Positions 11,901 through 25,559 of a DNA stretch of 64,000 bases are shown one piece after another. Source of the stretch: Octopus vulgaris (lineage: Eukaryota); contig OX597816.1 in the NCBI GenBank assembly GCA_951406725.2, positions 97,526,001 to 97,590,000 of the forward strand, written 5' to 3'. Within the stretch, counting starts at the first letter, position 1. Each line of letters opens with the position of its first letter. The position numbers were made by a program, and so were the translations under genes. Below the pieces are notes generated by a model that saw only the letters and a program-made list of their open reading frames with translations, ran no database searches and was not told the origin of the DNA.

Positions 11901-12479
11901 TGGATTGATGCATTAATTCTATTTCAAAATAGTGCCATCACATATTTTCAAGACTAATGATTGGGCTATGCATAAAATCGTAGTGAAAGAGCTTGCAGTT
12001 TGGAAATCTAGTCTATGTTGATGTTAACTGTAAGTAAATAAACTGATCTAAAATTATTGTGCTCATGTATCTACTTCTAAAACCTTCTAAGTGTTTTGTA
12101 GATTTATTCAGTTAACCGTCATTACATGTATAGCTGGAACTGAGAGGGATACGAAAATTAGTAACGACCTGATGTGTTGACATTGAAGGACCCCGGACAA
12201 ATCAATGCACTAGGTCGTATAATATCAATTAATTGTCAGCATGGTAAATCCTACAGAAATCCGAATTTGACCCCTATACATGTAGAACCCCTGGATAACT
12301 GCCAAGTTTGCCTTATGACGGCACTGCGTTTCTGCATGAACATGACAATTGCGTTTCAGTGGATATAAGGATATAATTTTATATACTTTTATATACATAC
12401 AGAAACTAATAATTTTTTTCAAGATTTGATAAAGTCTTAAAAACAACCAACTTAGAGTTTGTTTGAAGAATCTCCATGA

Positions 12480-12800
12480 TTACCCCACCCCAGTTTAATT
12501 TGTGATTCCATAAAATTCATTTCACTTTTATACAACCGGGAATCTGTACGTATACTGTAACTTACCTAACTTTACCCGAGGAGGTTTTGATGTTTTGCAG
12601 GATGCCTTTGGTTATGATGTCAAAATTACATCAAAGAGCAGTTTCATCTCGATCCAGTATTTGCATTTCTTCTTATTAACGTAGTTCCTACAATCATTTT
12701 TAGAAAGGCCATAAAAATTCAACTCATCTGGTGCTGCCATGTGTCTCACCTTCACAAAGAAATTCTGCACCACTATGTGGCATGAATTTCAATAATATAT
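12480..12800 (-). pseudogene. Possible highly decayed Tc1-like transposase 3' end
   Basis: Faint resemblance to the WP..SPDL..DFFLWGFLK..VY region. Confidence 0.25.
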
Positions 12801-13987
12801 CTGCTTGACCATAAGGCGTTGTCGATGTTCTTTCTAGCACTTAATTTGCTATATAGTAGCCACTATTTCTGATTTAAAATTTCATTGAGAATTCATCAGA
12901 GAACTCAGTTTTCCCGTCGGCGTAGAGGCTTATAAAGCATAGAATAGTTGTTGCAGACTGATGCTGAAGACAAGAGGGGTTGGCGATCAACCAGCACCAG
13001 GCTATGACTAGTAAGTAGTAATTCCGAATGTAGTTGCTGCTGTCAGAACCATCGCATTTGCATGAGTCTCGTCAGTCACGCTAAAATTTCTGGTTAATAA
13101 GAAAACAATAAAAACTTTTCAGGTAGAGATTTAACTCCTGGGGCCAGTTGATCGCATAATCAACTCGACACATGAATAACCACCATAGATCTCTCCTGAT
13201 GAATGACACTACCTTCCCTTCTTCAATTTACTCATCTATATGCTGCCCGTACGGTTCCTTTATTCTTCTATCGTCAATATAAACATTTCTATTATTGACC
13301 TTGTGGTTGTTTTGTTGTCGGTACCACAGTTGCTGCAGTAAAAAATTTTGATAAAGTTATTCTCAGTCATTTATATTTATTTTTAACGTGTGAACTTATG
13401 ACACACACTTAAAAAGAAACATTAGAGAACATTGGTATAAAGATCGACCCTTTTCTCTTATCGACTGTACATCTTTCAAACTCGATGTAAAACTCAAAAC
13501 CTATTACATAGACAATGATGCCCGAGGGAACAAAGCACAAGATTTTTAAGAATTAATTTTCTTTAACAGAAGACAAAAATCCTAAAAGAAACAAGAACAT
13601 TTTAGGAAAGATCAATAAATAAGAATAAACATGAGATTTGTGCTAAATAAACATATTTTTGTAGATGAAATGCAAATTCGTTTATCACTTTCCCGCTTTA
13701 AAATGAAGAAATACAAAAATTAAGATAAAATAAAGTTTTAAAAACATATAAGCAATATCTGCTATTCTTGTTTTAGGTTAGATTTAACGATGAAAAATGG
13801 ATTACATTTTCAGAAACTACCCAATGAAAATGATTTCGAAATTATTCTGGAAAGATTCAAGAAACACTGGTAAAAAAATTCAAAAATATCGTGAAGATTC
13901 ATGAATAATATAAAAGCAAATGTCAGCTGTTAACGCTACATACCTGTGTACGCTCACACATATGTATATATGTACACATACATACGC

Positions 13988-14570
13988 AAGAATTGGACGG
14001 CTTACGAACGCCACATCAGAAAGCTAAACTGCTTCCACAACAACTGCTTGAGAAAGCTATTGAAAATCACCTGGCAAGACAAGATCCTAGACACGGTGGT
14101 CCTCTCTCGAGTTGACTTGCCAAATATTTGCACACTGCTGAGGAGAGTACAAGTCAGGTGGGCAAGCCTCCTTGTTTGAATACCGACATCTGACTCTCCA
14201 AGAAACTGTTTTACAGCGAACTGGCAGTAAGCAAGCGCAAGCAAGTTAGACTGAAAATTTGCTTCAAGAATACACTAGAAAACTCACTGAAGAAATTTGA
14301 GATTAACTTTGAAATCTGGGAATCGCAAGCACAAACCTGCCTGGCAAAAGTGAATTAACAGCGGTGCTAAATCCTACGAACAGAGGAGCATTGGAGGGGC
14401 ACAAGGAAACCGCGAAGTGCTTGCCTTCAGTCTCAGCAGATCACTAGTGCCCGACCTGCCGTCGAGCCTACCGATAAAACATCGGACTAATCGGCCCCAG
14501 CTGGACACACCGTGACTAGTCTTATTCTCTTATATGATGTCCTTAGTCATAGTCGACAACGAGAGACGAA
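13988..14570 (+). pseudogene. RTE-clade LINE 3' fragment
   Basis: WTAYERHIRKLNCFHNNCLRKLLKITWQDKI...RRVQVRWA, then a terminal CPTC zinc-finger remnant and a (CTGA)/(CTAA)/(CCTA) tail. Confidence 0.85.
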
Positions 14571-14659
14571 CTGACTGACTGACTAAGTTACTAAATGAAT
14601 AAATAACTAATTAGCTGATTAAGTAAACAATTAACTAACTTAATAACTAGCTGATTAAC

Positions 14660-14880
14660 TTATTAACTGCCTGCCTACCTACTTCCCTACCTACCTGCCT
14701 GCCTACCTACCGACATGCCTACCTACCTACATATTTACCTACCTATATATCTACCTACATGCCTACCTACCTATGTGCCTACCTACCTACATACATACCT
14801 CCCTGCCTGCCTACCTACTTACCTACCTCCCTACCTACCTCCCTACCTCCCTACCTACCTACCTACCTACCTACCTAGCT
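14660..14880. repeat. (CCTA)n/(CCTG)n microsatellite
   Basis: Directly visible. Confidence 0.95.
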
Positions 14881-16099
14881 AACTAATTAACTAACTAGCA
14901 CTATAAATATTTATAAATAGAAATACTCATGCATTCAGATACTCACACAATGTCACTCACACACATGTACACACGCATACACACACACACATATATAAAC
15001 ATGTAGGCTCGTGTGTGTCAATCACTAGATTACTAGAATCAACGAATTGTATCATATATGGGACTCAGTGAAGAGTTTTTGATCGCTACCAGTCTTAAAT
15101 TGCCATCAGTGTTATGTGAAAGATAGGCTAGGGAATAAAATATATAATACATCTAAAATAGAGTAGCTTACGCGTTTTTCACATTTCTTTAGAGCACCCC
15201 AGTGAGACTGAGTCAGAAGTTGCGTAGAGTTAGGAGTAGATTCTAGAATCTCCAAACTTCTTGACGCAGCTTGCTTCCTGGAAATGTCACTTGAGGTCAT
15301 AGACCACTGGTGAAATACTCCATTCATTTCCGGCAGTGATAAGCACGCATACACGCAAGCACGTGCGCGCGCGCACACACATATACACACATGTATGTAT
15401 GTATTCACTTAAAAATTATTCATTTCATCCATAATTGTATGTATTTAGATATAAAGTGGGAATAGTCATATATTTGTAACGCCAGAATGTATTTTAACAA
15501 GGAATTTCAGGAAATGACAGCTACAAAAAATAAATGAATAAAATAAAATAACAAGGTACCGATATACGCAGCAATGCATGTATTGGAAGCTAGAACAAAC
15601 AATAAATGAACTCAGTCCGTTATAAGTACCATCTCAACGAATTTCATAAAACTCAGTGTCTCAGTAATGCCGTGTCTTACCTTCTAGATTATCTCTTAGA
15701 AATCCAACATCGAGTGTTCGCCATGAAGCATTTTTTCCACAAAAGACAAAAATTAAATTAGAAAATTGCAGTCTCTAAAACAACAAAATGACAGAGGCAT
15801 TGTGTTTCTGTTGAAAGATTATATTTTGAAAACTGAAGTGCAATTTGTTTATCAGGGAAATATTGAAAAATACAAACTTTGAGAAAATTTCCTCTGAATG
15901 TTATCTGCTCATTAGGTACTATGCAGTACTTTTTATATTTCGTAGAATGAAATACAAAATGAAAAGGAAACTACCACGTTAACTCACCGTAATTGAGAGA
16001 TGAAAAGAATATTGATTGGAATTGAAGAATAAAACGACAAATTAAAGCATAAGTGGGTAGTCTTACTGAATTATGCATTGTATTGAGTTGTCAGTTTCA

Positions 16100-16710
16100 T
16101 TTGTTTTTATCCCCAATTCTCTTGAAGAATTATAACAAATCTCTGAATAATATATTCACCTTTGTTGTTCATGATTTCTTGCCAACATTCCACTAGCTTG
16201 TCAATGCCTCGGAGGCAGAAATGACCAGGTCCTAACTACGAGAATTCATCGATCTACGTTCTCAGCCCCAAATCGTTGTTGAGTGAAATACTTCGCAGAC
16301 TTTGGGTGAGAGCACGAGAAATTTGATAATATGAAAACCTGATATGAAGAGTGCGGTAAGTGTGGTAGAACCTACCTACCCGTTTGAAATCTTTAATAGC
16401 ATTTTTGGTCAAATTAGTGACGTGAGGGTGAACTTTGTTAATTTGAAAAAATTATTCTTGTCAACGGTCGATCGCGCCAGATGGATTGCATCATTGAACT
16501 GGTGCATTTGCTGAAGCTTAGGTCCTACATCTACAGTATGGTTCGTTTCCAGTATTTCGTGGTGGATTGTGTCTTCCTAATCACACAAAACACATATCAT
16601 TGCCTTGCGCGGATTTACTTCCAACTTCGCTCCTGGTGATGCCTGCTTGTGGGACATCAGTCATTTATTCCTCTGCTTCGTATTGATGAGAATGAATAAT
16701 ATAATGAAAT
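16100..16710 (-). pseudogene. Mariner transposase remnant (catalytic domain)
   Basis: Minus-strand translation gives MICV..D...IHHEILETNHTVD and GIDKLVECWQ; multiple stops. Confidence 0.65.
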
Positions 16711-17065
16711 AAATCGTAACGTTAATAAGGCTGTGTGCAATGTGTACGTAATATACTGTTTCGAATTGAAATAGTTGAAATAGAAAGGTGATGACCCTAT
16801 TTTGCTTGTCTATTCTTAATGTGTGAGGTTTCCTTTAGGGCTAATGTTGACATGTAATTTAGAACATGGTCGTAGGTGACTGTTTCGACATCCTGTCATA
16901 CTTGAGAGCTTGTGCTATTTGTTCGAAATTTAGCAAAAGAAGAGTAATGTTTGTCAAAAGGACAGATGGACACACCATAATCAATGTCTAACTATCAACA
17001 ATTCACGTAGTTAATAATATCCAGTATGAAGAAATGGCACGATGTTAGACCACTGTAAGTGTAAT
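16690..17065 (+). repeat. Dispersed ~370-bp repeat, copy 1
   Basis: Colinear blocks shared with 19625-20005: AATCGTAACGT, AAGGTGATGACCC, TGTGTGAGGTTTC, TAGGTGACTGTTTCGACA, ATGGACACACCATA. Confidence 0.8.
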
Positions 17066-18969
17066 AAACGTTTCCCTTCGCTCCTGTGGTAATAACGTTT
17101 CTGTTTCAGTCACGAGTATCCTAGTGCTGCGCGGTAGAAGAATGCTGGAGTGTGTAATCAGATTGCGTGGCAGACATGCTTCGAGTTTGGGACCTTACCT
17201 ATCGAAGGAAGGCGACGAGCGACAGTAACTTTAGAGCTTTTCATCTGGGTCAATTCCCTAGTAGATTGACGAGAATCCTTGTGCAGGAGCGTTTTCAATC
17301 GACCTACATTCAGTTGAATACATTGATAGGAACAGTGAGAATACGTGAGGTCGAGTTTTCCTGTCGAATACAGTGAAAAATACTTTCATTAATAATGCCT
17401 TCGCTGTACATAGCTCAAGTTGTCTCTAGCGGCAACAGCATCTTTCGTACCTTAGAAAAAAGAAGCTGATGCTGAAAGTGTTCATTTGTTTTCTACTTGG
17501 TAGTCTATCGTCATATATGTCAAACGAGTTAAAATTCATTCAAATTTCCAAAACTATAAGAGGAAGAACAGAACTACACCCCACCCTATAAAACAGTACT
17601 AGAAAAATATTTTTCGTTTTAATTAGAATAACATTGAAACAAACGAAGGTATTTGTCTGGTAATTGAATATTCTCACACTAACTTTTTTTCTTAGTTCTT
17701 ACTTGTATGAAGAAAACATAAACCTTGCTAGTGACTTTCAAAGCAAAATGGAATATTTCAAGAAGATAAACTGAAATGTATAGGAAAAATTAGGATCCTT
17801 CTTAGCGGGCATAGAGCAAGTTATTGACATGCTTAAATCCTCGACAATGAACCAAAGCCAAACTGGAACCTGCTTGATCAACTGTAATTCGTCTCGTTAT
17901 TAGTCTCACCCTGATGCCTGCTAAGACTTTTGACATGTCATTGTGATCTATGACTGTCTCCCTGAGTGAGACTTTCTTTGTTGCCCCTATATTATGGGCG
18001 TATTCAGGTGCTTCTGTGTTAATTTCATTTTATATTTTGATATGTACATTTATATTCTTTATTCATAATTTTCTGAAGGTTCTTATAGTGACTTCATTTG
18101 CTGTTTAGCTCATGATATATTTTCATTCAAATTGAAACGTGTTCAAATAAATGCATGCCTATATATAAGCATATACATACGTACATACGTACATACACAC
18201 CATATGAAAAGAAAGTGTCCATTGATAGAACATACTAATTTCAATTTAGAGTAATTCAGCTGATTTAATATTCATTCATTTTTCATTGTTATTTGCAGTA
18301 ATGTTAAGTGTTACTGTTAGTGTAACTGAAAATTGGATCGACGTTTTAGTATCTCGATTTTACCATCCCCTTCAATGTTTTCTATAGAATCATTTAGAAA
18401 TCCCCAGCATACTATAATAAAACGTTAGAGCCAATTATAGGATCATTAATTAATGTCTATGGAAACTATGATTTGAGGCTATTATAAATTAACTCGAACA
18501 GCAAATTAGGAGATTTGACATGAAACATCAAGATACTCTCATCTTATTAAAATACATCATCTACACTGATTCTTATAATTAGTATCTCACAAAACTCTGT
18601 GTTCCATACAACTTCTAATAGACTGGAATTACTTTTATCAAGCGTCTTCACTAATGTTGTATGTTGTTTATTTTCCAAATTAGATCAGTAACGTTTTCAT
18701 TGTTCAATGGCGTCTTCTAATTCTTCTTTGTCATCTTTTTCTTTGATCATTTGTCTCTAGCAGTTATTGCTCTTTTACAGTAGCATATCTTTGAAGTGTA
18801 ATGTGTCTATAATCAGAAATACCTAAGATTTATTGATTTATTTATTAAATTCTGTTTTATCGCAAAGAAAGGAATGCCATGGAGCTTGATAAGTGATAAA
18901 AATGTATTTCAGAGTATAATTCGTTTCGTCAACTATACTGTCAAATCAAATGTATGTATGTATATATGC

Positions 18970-19002
<33 letters not shown>

Positions 19003-19156
19003 TGTATGTATGTATGTATGTATGTATGTATATAAATGTATGTATGTAAGTTTGTGCTTGTGTATGTATGTGAAATGTGAATATGTATATGACTATACAT
19101 ATATATATATATATAACATATGTGTAAAGATTCATGTATTATGTGTATATATGTAT

Positions 19157-19216
<60 letters not shown>

Positions 19217-19230
19217 GCACCTATACATAT

Positions 19231-19284
<54 letters not shown>

Positions 19285-19624
19285 GTTTGTGTGTGTGTGT
19301 GTGTGTATATACCAATCTAGAGTTATAGTAACGTCAATTATTGAATTGAGAGAATAACTGTTTGAAAAAAAATTGTGTTCGAGCAAAAATATATTTCATA
19401 AAATCCTACATCAATGAACGTTAAAACAAAAGTTCGAATTCAATGGCGTTTATTAAAGTTTCTAATTCTATAACGTCGTTGCTCTTCAAGGATTGTACGC
19501 TGTCATAAACATCTATAATTGCTTTAACAACAAAGAAATCAAATCAAACACCCCCGCTATGAATATCTAATAAAGACTAAGCTTGAAGCAATTATGTTAA
19601 AATACAAAAAGAACCCGCTTGTAA

Positions 19625-20005
19625 ATGAAGAATGTGATGAAATGAATCGTAACGTGAATAAGCTGTTGTGCATATTATACATGATATTGTTTCGAATAAA
19701 AAGTGTTGAAGAAGTAAGGTGATGACCCAATTTTGTTACTCTCTTCCTACTGTGTGAGGTTTCTTTTAGTGCTAACGGTGGACATGTAATCTAGAACAGT
19801 CAGTTATATTGCTTGGTCTTAGGTGACTGTTTCGACAACATATTTGAGGGCTTATGCGGTGTTTTAGAAAGTCAGCAAAATAAAAGCAATGTTTCTCAAA
19901 GAACGAATGGACACACCATAGAGCTGATGTCTAACTACTGACAATGTTCGGGGACAGAAATATACAGTATGACGAAATGTTACGATATTAGACTATTCTA
20001 TAGGT
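19625..20005 (+). repeat. Dispersed ~370-bp repeat, copy 2
   Basis: See copy 1. Confidence 0.8.
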
Positions 20006-20444
20006 GAAGAACAGCGTATTCTTGCAAGAAGATCGATCTGAGAGTAGAAAAGTCTGAATATGAATCACTGCTCTTCCGTGTCTTCTTTTAATTAGGAAGA
20101 CTTAGATGGAAGAGAATCCAAACCTAAAATCCGATTGTGGTAATAGAGGGAACATCGCATTTTTACTGCTATCGAAAAAACTTCTCATATGAAATAAGGA
20201 GATTACGTGCATCATAGGCTTAAATCACAAAATAGATGAACGCGTAAGTTCTCACAGTATGTCGTTCACGTGAGATATCTACTACCTACGGCATAATCAC
20301 TGAGACGAAAAGTTTGGTGATAAATATTAGTTTAACGTGTTGGAAGTAGGAAAAAAATTCTGTCGCAAAGGTGGCTAATCTAAACATGGTCTCGTTCATT
20401 GGCATATTCAATGATCAGCATGAATTGTAAAAGAGCATAAGAAA

Positions 20445-20507
<63 letters not shown>

Positions 20508-20510
20508 GTG

Positions 20511-20541
<31 letters not shown>

Positions 20542-21781
20542 ATTTGTGCGTGTGTGTGTGCATGTGGGTGTGAGTGTGTGTGTGTGTACATACATATGCA
20601 TAAGTACTTACACATGTACACATACTCGCATGATGTAAACGCCATTCACAAATGAAACATAAACAATTCACAAAATAGAGTTCATCTATTTTTATTCAAA
20701 ACCGAAATTTCTTTAAGCATCATTGGGTATTTATTGTTGATAATTATACTTTCAAAACGGGGAGAGGAGTCAAAATGAATAAATAAATACACAAATAAAT
20801 AACATAAAATATTCGAATAAACTCTCATGGATATTTCATAAACTCTACCTATTTTATTTGAAATGCAAATTGAACAGATTACTATTTTAACAAGTTTTGA
20901 CATTTCCTTATCAATTTTATAGTCTTTGATACTGTTAATTCTGAAAAAAAATTATATATTATGATAATCTTCTGTTCAAAGTTGATTGAATCCTTCTTCA
21001 TGTTTATTTGCAGAAAATTTCATATCTTACATTTAGATATTAAGTCATCCGTTGTAGCTGCTTTTATATGACGAACAAAAATGTATTTTTTATTTTGTTT
21101 TTTAAATAAAAAGAAATAAAATGAGTATGTTGGTTTCGGAAGACATGACTTTATCTAATGAGAAATTTTTGAGTTAAGAGAATTTTGTGAACGGAAAAGT
21201 ATCAGATGTCAAATACTGTCTAACAACGTTACTATTAAATTTAGCTGTTTCTGTTCCAATTTTGTGTACGGCTGAAACTAAAATTAACAGCTTTTCAAAT
21301 TGAAATTTTACAATATTCATGATTCTGCAGAGTGTGCTAATCTAATAAGAAGTGATTAGAGACACGTGTACTTGCATTCAGACTCTATGGGGCATTGAAC
21401 CAAATCATTTAAGTTTTCTATTTTTACATGTCTGAGAACTGATATTATCTATATAACTAATTTTATCTTTTAACCCGCTTCGTTTAATGTGAATAAAAAA
21501 TATGTTATTTTTGCCGTCATATATCATAAAGGAAAGTGAAAAAAATGATTGATAGCTTTATACAACAACGTTCCAGCTACATCAAATAGCTTTGTATTGC
21601 ACGTGCTTATTCAATGTATTTCATTGGTTATTCCATATATAAATACCAAATTATTTCATAGGTTTTATTGATTGCCTGAAAGTCGATAAAACGTGAAATT
21701 AATAATCGGAATCTATGTAATTTCAGCTCAAAATATAAGTCATGCACACACACACACACACACATATACATATGTGTGTAG

Positions 21782-21823
<42 letters not shown>

Positions 21824-21887
21824 GTGTGTGTGTGTGTGTGTATGCATTGATATACATATACATACACACGCACACACACACACACAG

Positions 21888-21918
<31 letters not shown>

Positions 21919-22282
21919 TATATATACATACATGTGTATGTCTGTGTGAATATTTGTGAGTGCATCGCTATGTCACTCTCTCCCGCTCTCTATCGGTTTA
22001 GCTATGTATATATGTATGTATCTATCTATCTTCCAGTTATATGTACGTATATAAGTGTAAATATATGTATATGTACGCACATATATATGCATATATGCAT
22101 ATATATGTATATGTGCATTTAAATCTATATGTGTGTTTGTGTGTCTGAGTATGTGTGTGCTTGTTCATGTATGCGTTGATAAAATGAGTAAATGAGTAAA
22201 TTGGCAAGAAGTTAAATGTAAATGTTATAGAATATTATAAACATTAAAAAAAAAACGGTCGGTGGGACCAACTGTTTCTATT

Positions 22283-22375
22283 TCTAGCAGTGCCGGTGCT
22301 TACTATCACCACCCATCACTTCAGTGACGACTATACTTGTTACCTTTCGGTTCTCTCTGTCTGTCTGTCTCTCTC

Positions 22376-22467
<92 letters not shown>

Positions 22468-22578
22468 CACACACATACGAATTATTAGGGTGCCTATTCG
22501 CAATTTAGACCGGGAAGCTCACAAATATAGTCGTCACTAAAGTGACAGAAGGTGCTAGTAAGCATCAGCATTGCTAGA
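22283..22578. repeat. Inverted arms (~80 bp) enclosing a compound microsatellite
   Basis: TCTAGCAGTGCCGGTGCTTACTA...TCACTTCAGTGACGACTATA / TATAGTCGTCACTAAAGTGA...TAGTAAGCATCAGCATTGCTAGA. Confidence 0.8.
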
Positions 22579-22745
22579 AATCGAAGCCACTCTGCGATTG
22601 GATATTTACCCACTAATCTTCCACACATCGAGAATTGTTCTGGTCTGTTCACGCAGGTACCCAGTTCCGGCTTCTCATTCACTCAACGAAACACCAACGC
22701 GCCGGATTTGTCTATTTGAAGCCTGCGCCCCAATGCAGCTCTTCC

Positions 22746-22792
<47 letters not shown>

Positions 22793-25011
22793 GCATATAA
22801 AATCTGAAAAGGAAGGATAATTATACAGTTTTTAATCACCTTATGAACGCTTCGGATACATTGTTATTAAGCAATTATATGGTTTGTTTATCCTGCATCT
22901 TATCAATCCATATTTGACTCACAATGTACATAGCATGTGAATTTAATACTAATAAATCTTTCTAAAATTTCGACCTCACTGCTTAGAATAGAGAACAGGT
23001 TAAGGGAAAAATATTCAATGATTTTCACTGGTCAATTTGCTTAACTAATTTTCACTCCTACAGAGTACTTGACGTGTATTTGTTTAATCCCTCTTATTTT
23101 GTGTTTTTATATATATGCATATATAGGCTTATATGAATAAATTGTCTAGATTTCGTGTCTAAACTTGGAGCCTTTATTTGAGAGGCAAAGGTTTTAATCA
23201 CTGGGACAGGTTTGTGTGCACGTGTTTGAGTATGTGGGACAGAAAGTAAAAGGAGAGAGTAAAATGTAGGGAAAGGAAGTGAGAGAGTCACCATGAATGT
23301 GTCTGCGCGCAAGCGCGTGCCTGTTTATAGCATTACGAAGTATTTTGTTGCAGACTGTATATGTCGTAAAATATACGATGCGTTTCGAGCAATGAAAATG
23401 CCTGTGATTCTCATTGTATTACGAGAGTGGGATATGTCCTTAGTCGATAACCTAAATTACTCTTTTGTATACGAAATTATCCTAAAATATATGAGGAACG
23501 ATTCACCGCTGTTAGCAGTAATGGTATAACATATTGTAAGTATGTTACTCTCCCTTGAGAGATTATTACTATTAACCGGATTTCTTTAGGCTTACTTCAG
23601 GAATCTATAGCAGTGTTCAATTGTTATTACTGACTTGTTCAAAATTGAATATACGATTGCAATATGTTTGAGAGGCGGGATGGAAAACTACAATTGTTTT
23701 GTACAATATTACAGGTCATAATAATACGAGTAAGAATGAGTGTAGCTATGTTAAACTAGTAAGCATATCAGGGGCACTACTGCATCTGTACTAGATTATA
23801 ACTATGGTCATATTAACTTAGGTCATTAGAAAAGTTCTAGTTATATATACACAACACGCAGCAAATCGAATGATACGCTTAGCTTCCGTTGCATTTGTAC
23901 TAGTGTAGCTACTGATAGAAATTATAACAAATATAGGACAAGCAGCGATTGCAGTTTGGTGCCAGGAAAAGGAGGATACAAGAATTGCCAGAGTAAGCGG
24001 GAACTGGTAAGGCAGGAAGTCATTATCAGTCATATGGGGCTCTATGTCGTCTGTATATTAAAGAATCAATCAAGTTTGTAAGAAAATGTCTCCACAGCCA
24101 TTTGAACAGCCAGAGGAAGGCAATTAGCTTCGGCGTTCATTTTTAAAAACATTTTTTTTTTTTACCATATATCGATATGTTCTGCTTAGTCTCCATCTAC
24201 CAACACCCCCAACTTGTTGCACACCTGCGTTGTTGGGCCTCCAATTTCTTTAAATTTATCTTTATCAGTTTCTATCTTCACACTTTATGATTATAGACAT
24301 TTATAGTTTTTAGAACTTATCAATCATTTTAATAGTTAATTATATTAATTATATTTATTCTCTTCATTCTTATTAGATCACTAGTTTGTGATATGTTTAA
24401 CCTACTTCAGCTGTACCTTCCTTAATTAGACTTCCTCCTTAATTAGATCAACAACTTTTACTATCAATATTTACACCTCTTACTGAATCTTCTACTGAGG
24501 GTGCCACACTTCTCCACACTTGATCATTATCAGTATCTTCATAACTAGACACACCAGTTGACATAAAATCAACACAGTGTCATAAACCTCTTCATCTTAA
24601 TTCTTGTCTTTCAGTCTATCATACTAGCAGTATTTTAATGTGTAACTGAATGAAAATGAATATTTAGATTCCCCTCTTTACCTTGAATGACCGACGATTA
24701 TCTTATTAGCTTTACCATCCATACCACTCTTCTCTACACCCCCTCTACCTCTCTCTTCCCTCACTTCTCATTCTCCTTGCCTTGGTTCTCTTACATGTCC
24801 CTCGGTTGTCTTCCTTCATTAGGTTTATTGCTATTTCTTTTTATTCTTTGTACACCATCTAATAACTACTACTACTACTACTACTAGTTTTTAATATTGA
24901 AAATTTTCGGTTTCTTTTGGGTACCCTTTTGTATATACATGCATGCATACATACATACATACATACATACATACAGACAGACAGACACACAGACTGACAG
25001 ACACACACATA

Positions 25012-25240
25012 TATCGTGAAGTATATTTGCCACCTAAATGTGGCTAACCCTTAAGGGTTGATTCTACTGTAGCTTGTAGCCTCAGGAGGACATCTCCAAA
25101 TGGCAATTGCCATACTATCTGTGCCCTACATAGTGTATCAATAGCCAGCCGGAGGAGATGTCTTTCTGGGGCTACAAGCTACAGTAGCATCCACCCTTAG
25201 TGGTTAGCCACATTTAGGTGACAAATATACTTCGTGATGT
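25012..25240. repeat. Foldback/MITE-like element with ~90-100 bp inverted arms
   Basis: GAAGTATATTTGCCACCTAAATGTGGCTAACC...TACTGTAGCTTGTAGCC / GGCTACAAGCTACAGTAG...GGTTAGCCACATTTAGGTGACAAATATACTTC. Confidence 0.88.
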
Positions 25241-25559
25241 CATGCAGCTACTGTTTATACCTCTCTCAGAGATTTATTATTGGTTATATATATATATATA
25301 TAACAACCAGGTACTTTATTTGTTGGTTTACAAAGCTACCATTAATTTCAGGCTCAGAATTCTCCACAGTTATGGGGATGTTTAGTATCTGCTTGACCAC
25401 ACGAAGATGCTGTTCACAGAGCAAACCAATAACGTGATAGAACTCTCGATGAATCATCCAAAACTAATTAAAAATTTAAGTTTTATTCCAGACAATGGCA
25501 CCCGAAGACTATTTACTTTGGACTTGAGAAATATATACTCCACTAATGTGGGCTTAAAA

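Noticed and set aside
12865-12905. CUGAUGA-AUU-CUC-AAU-GAAA on the minus strand
   Set aside because: No proper stem III or stem I; likely chance in AT-rich DNA.
21195-21225. AATACTGTC resembling the miR-8/200 seed region
   Set aside because: The rest of the mature sequence does not match and there is no precursor hairpin.
23373-23419. Hammerhead-like ...AAUGAG...CUCGAAACGCAUC on the minus strand
   Set aside because: CUG of the core is missing and stems II and III are imperfect; at best a decayed remnant.
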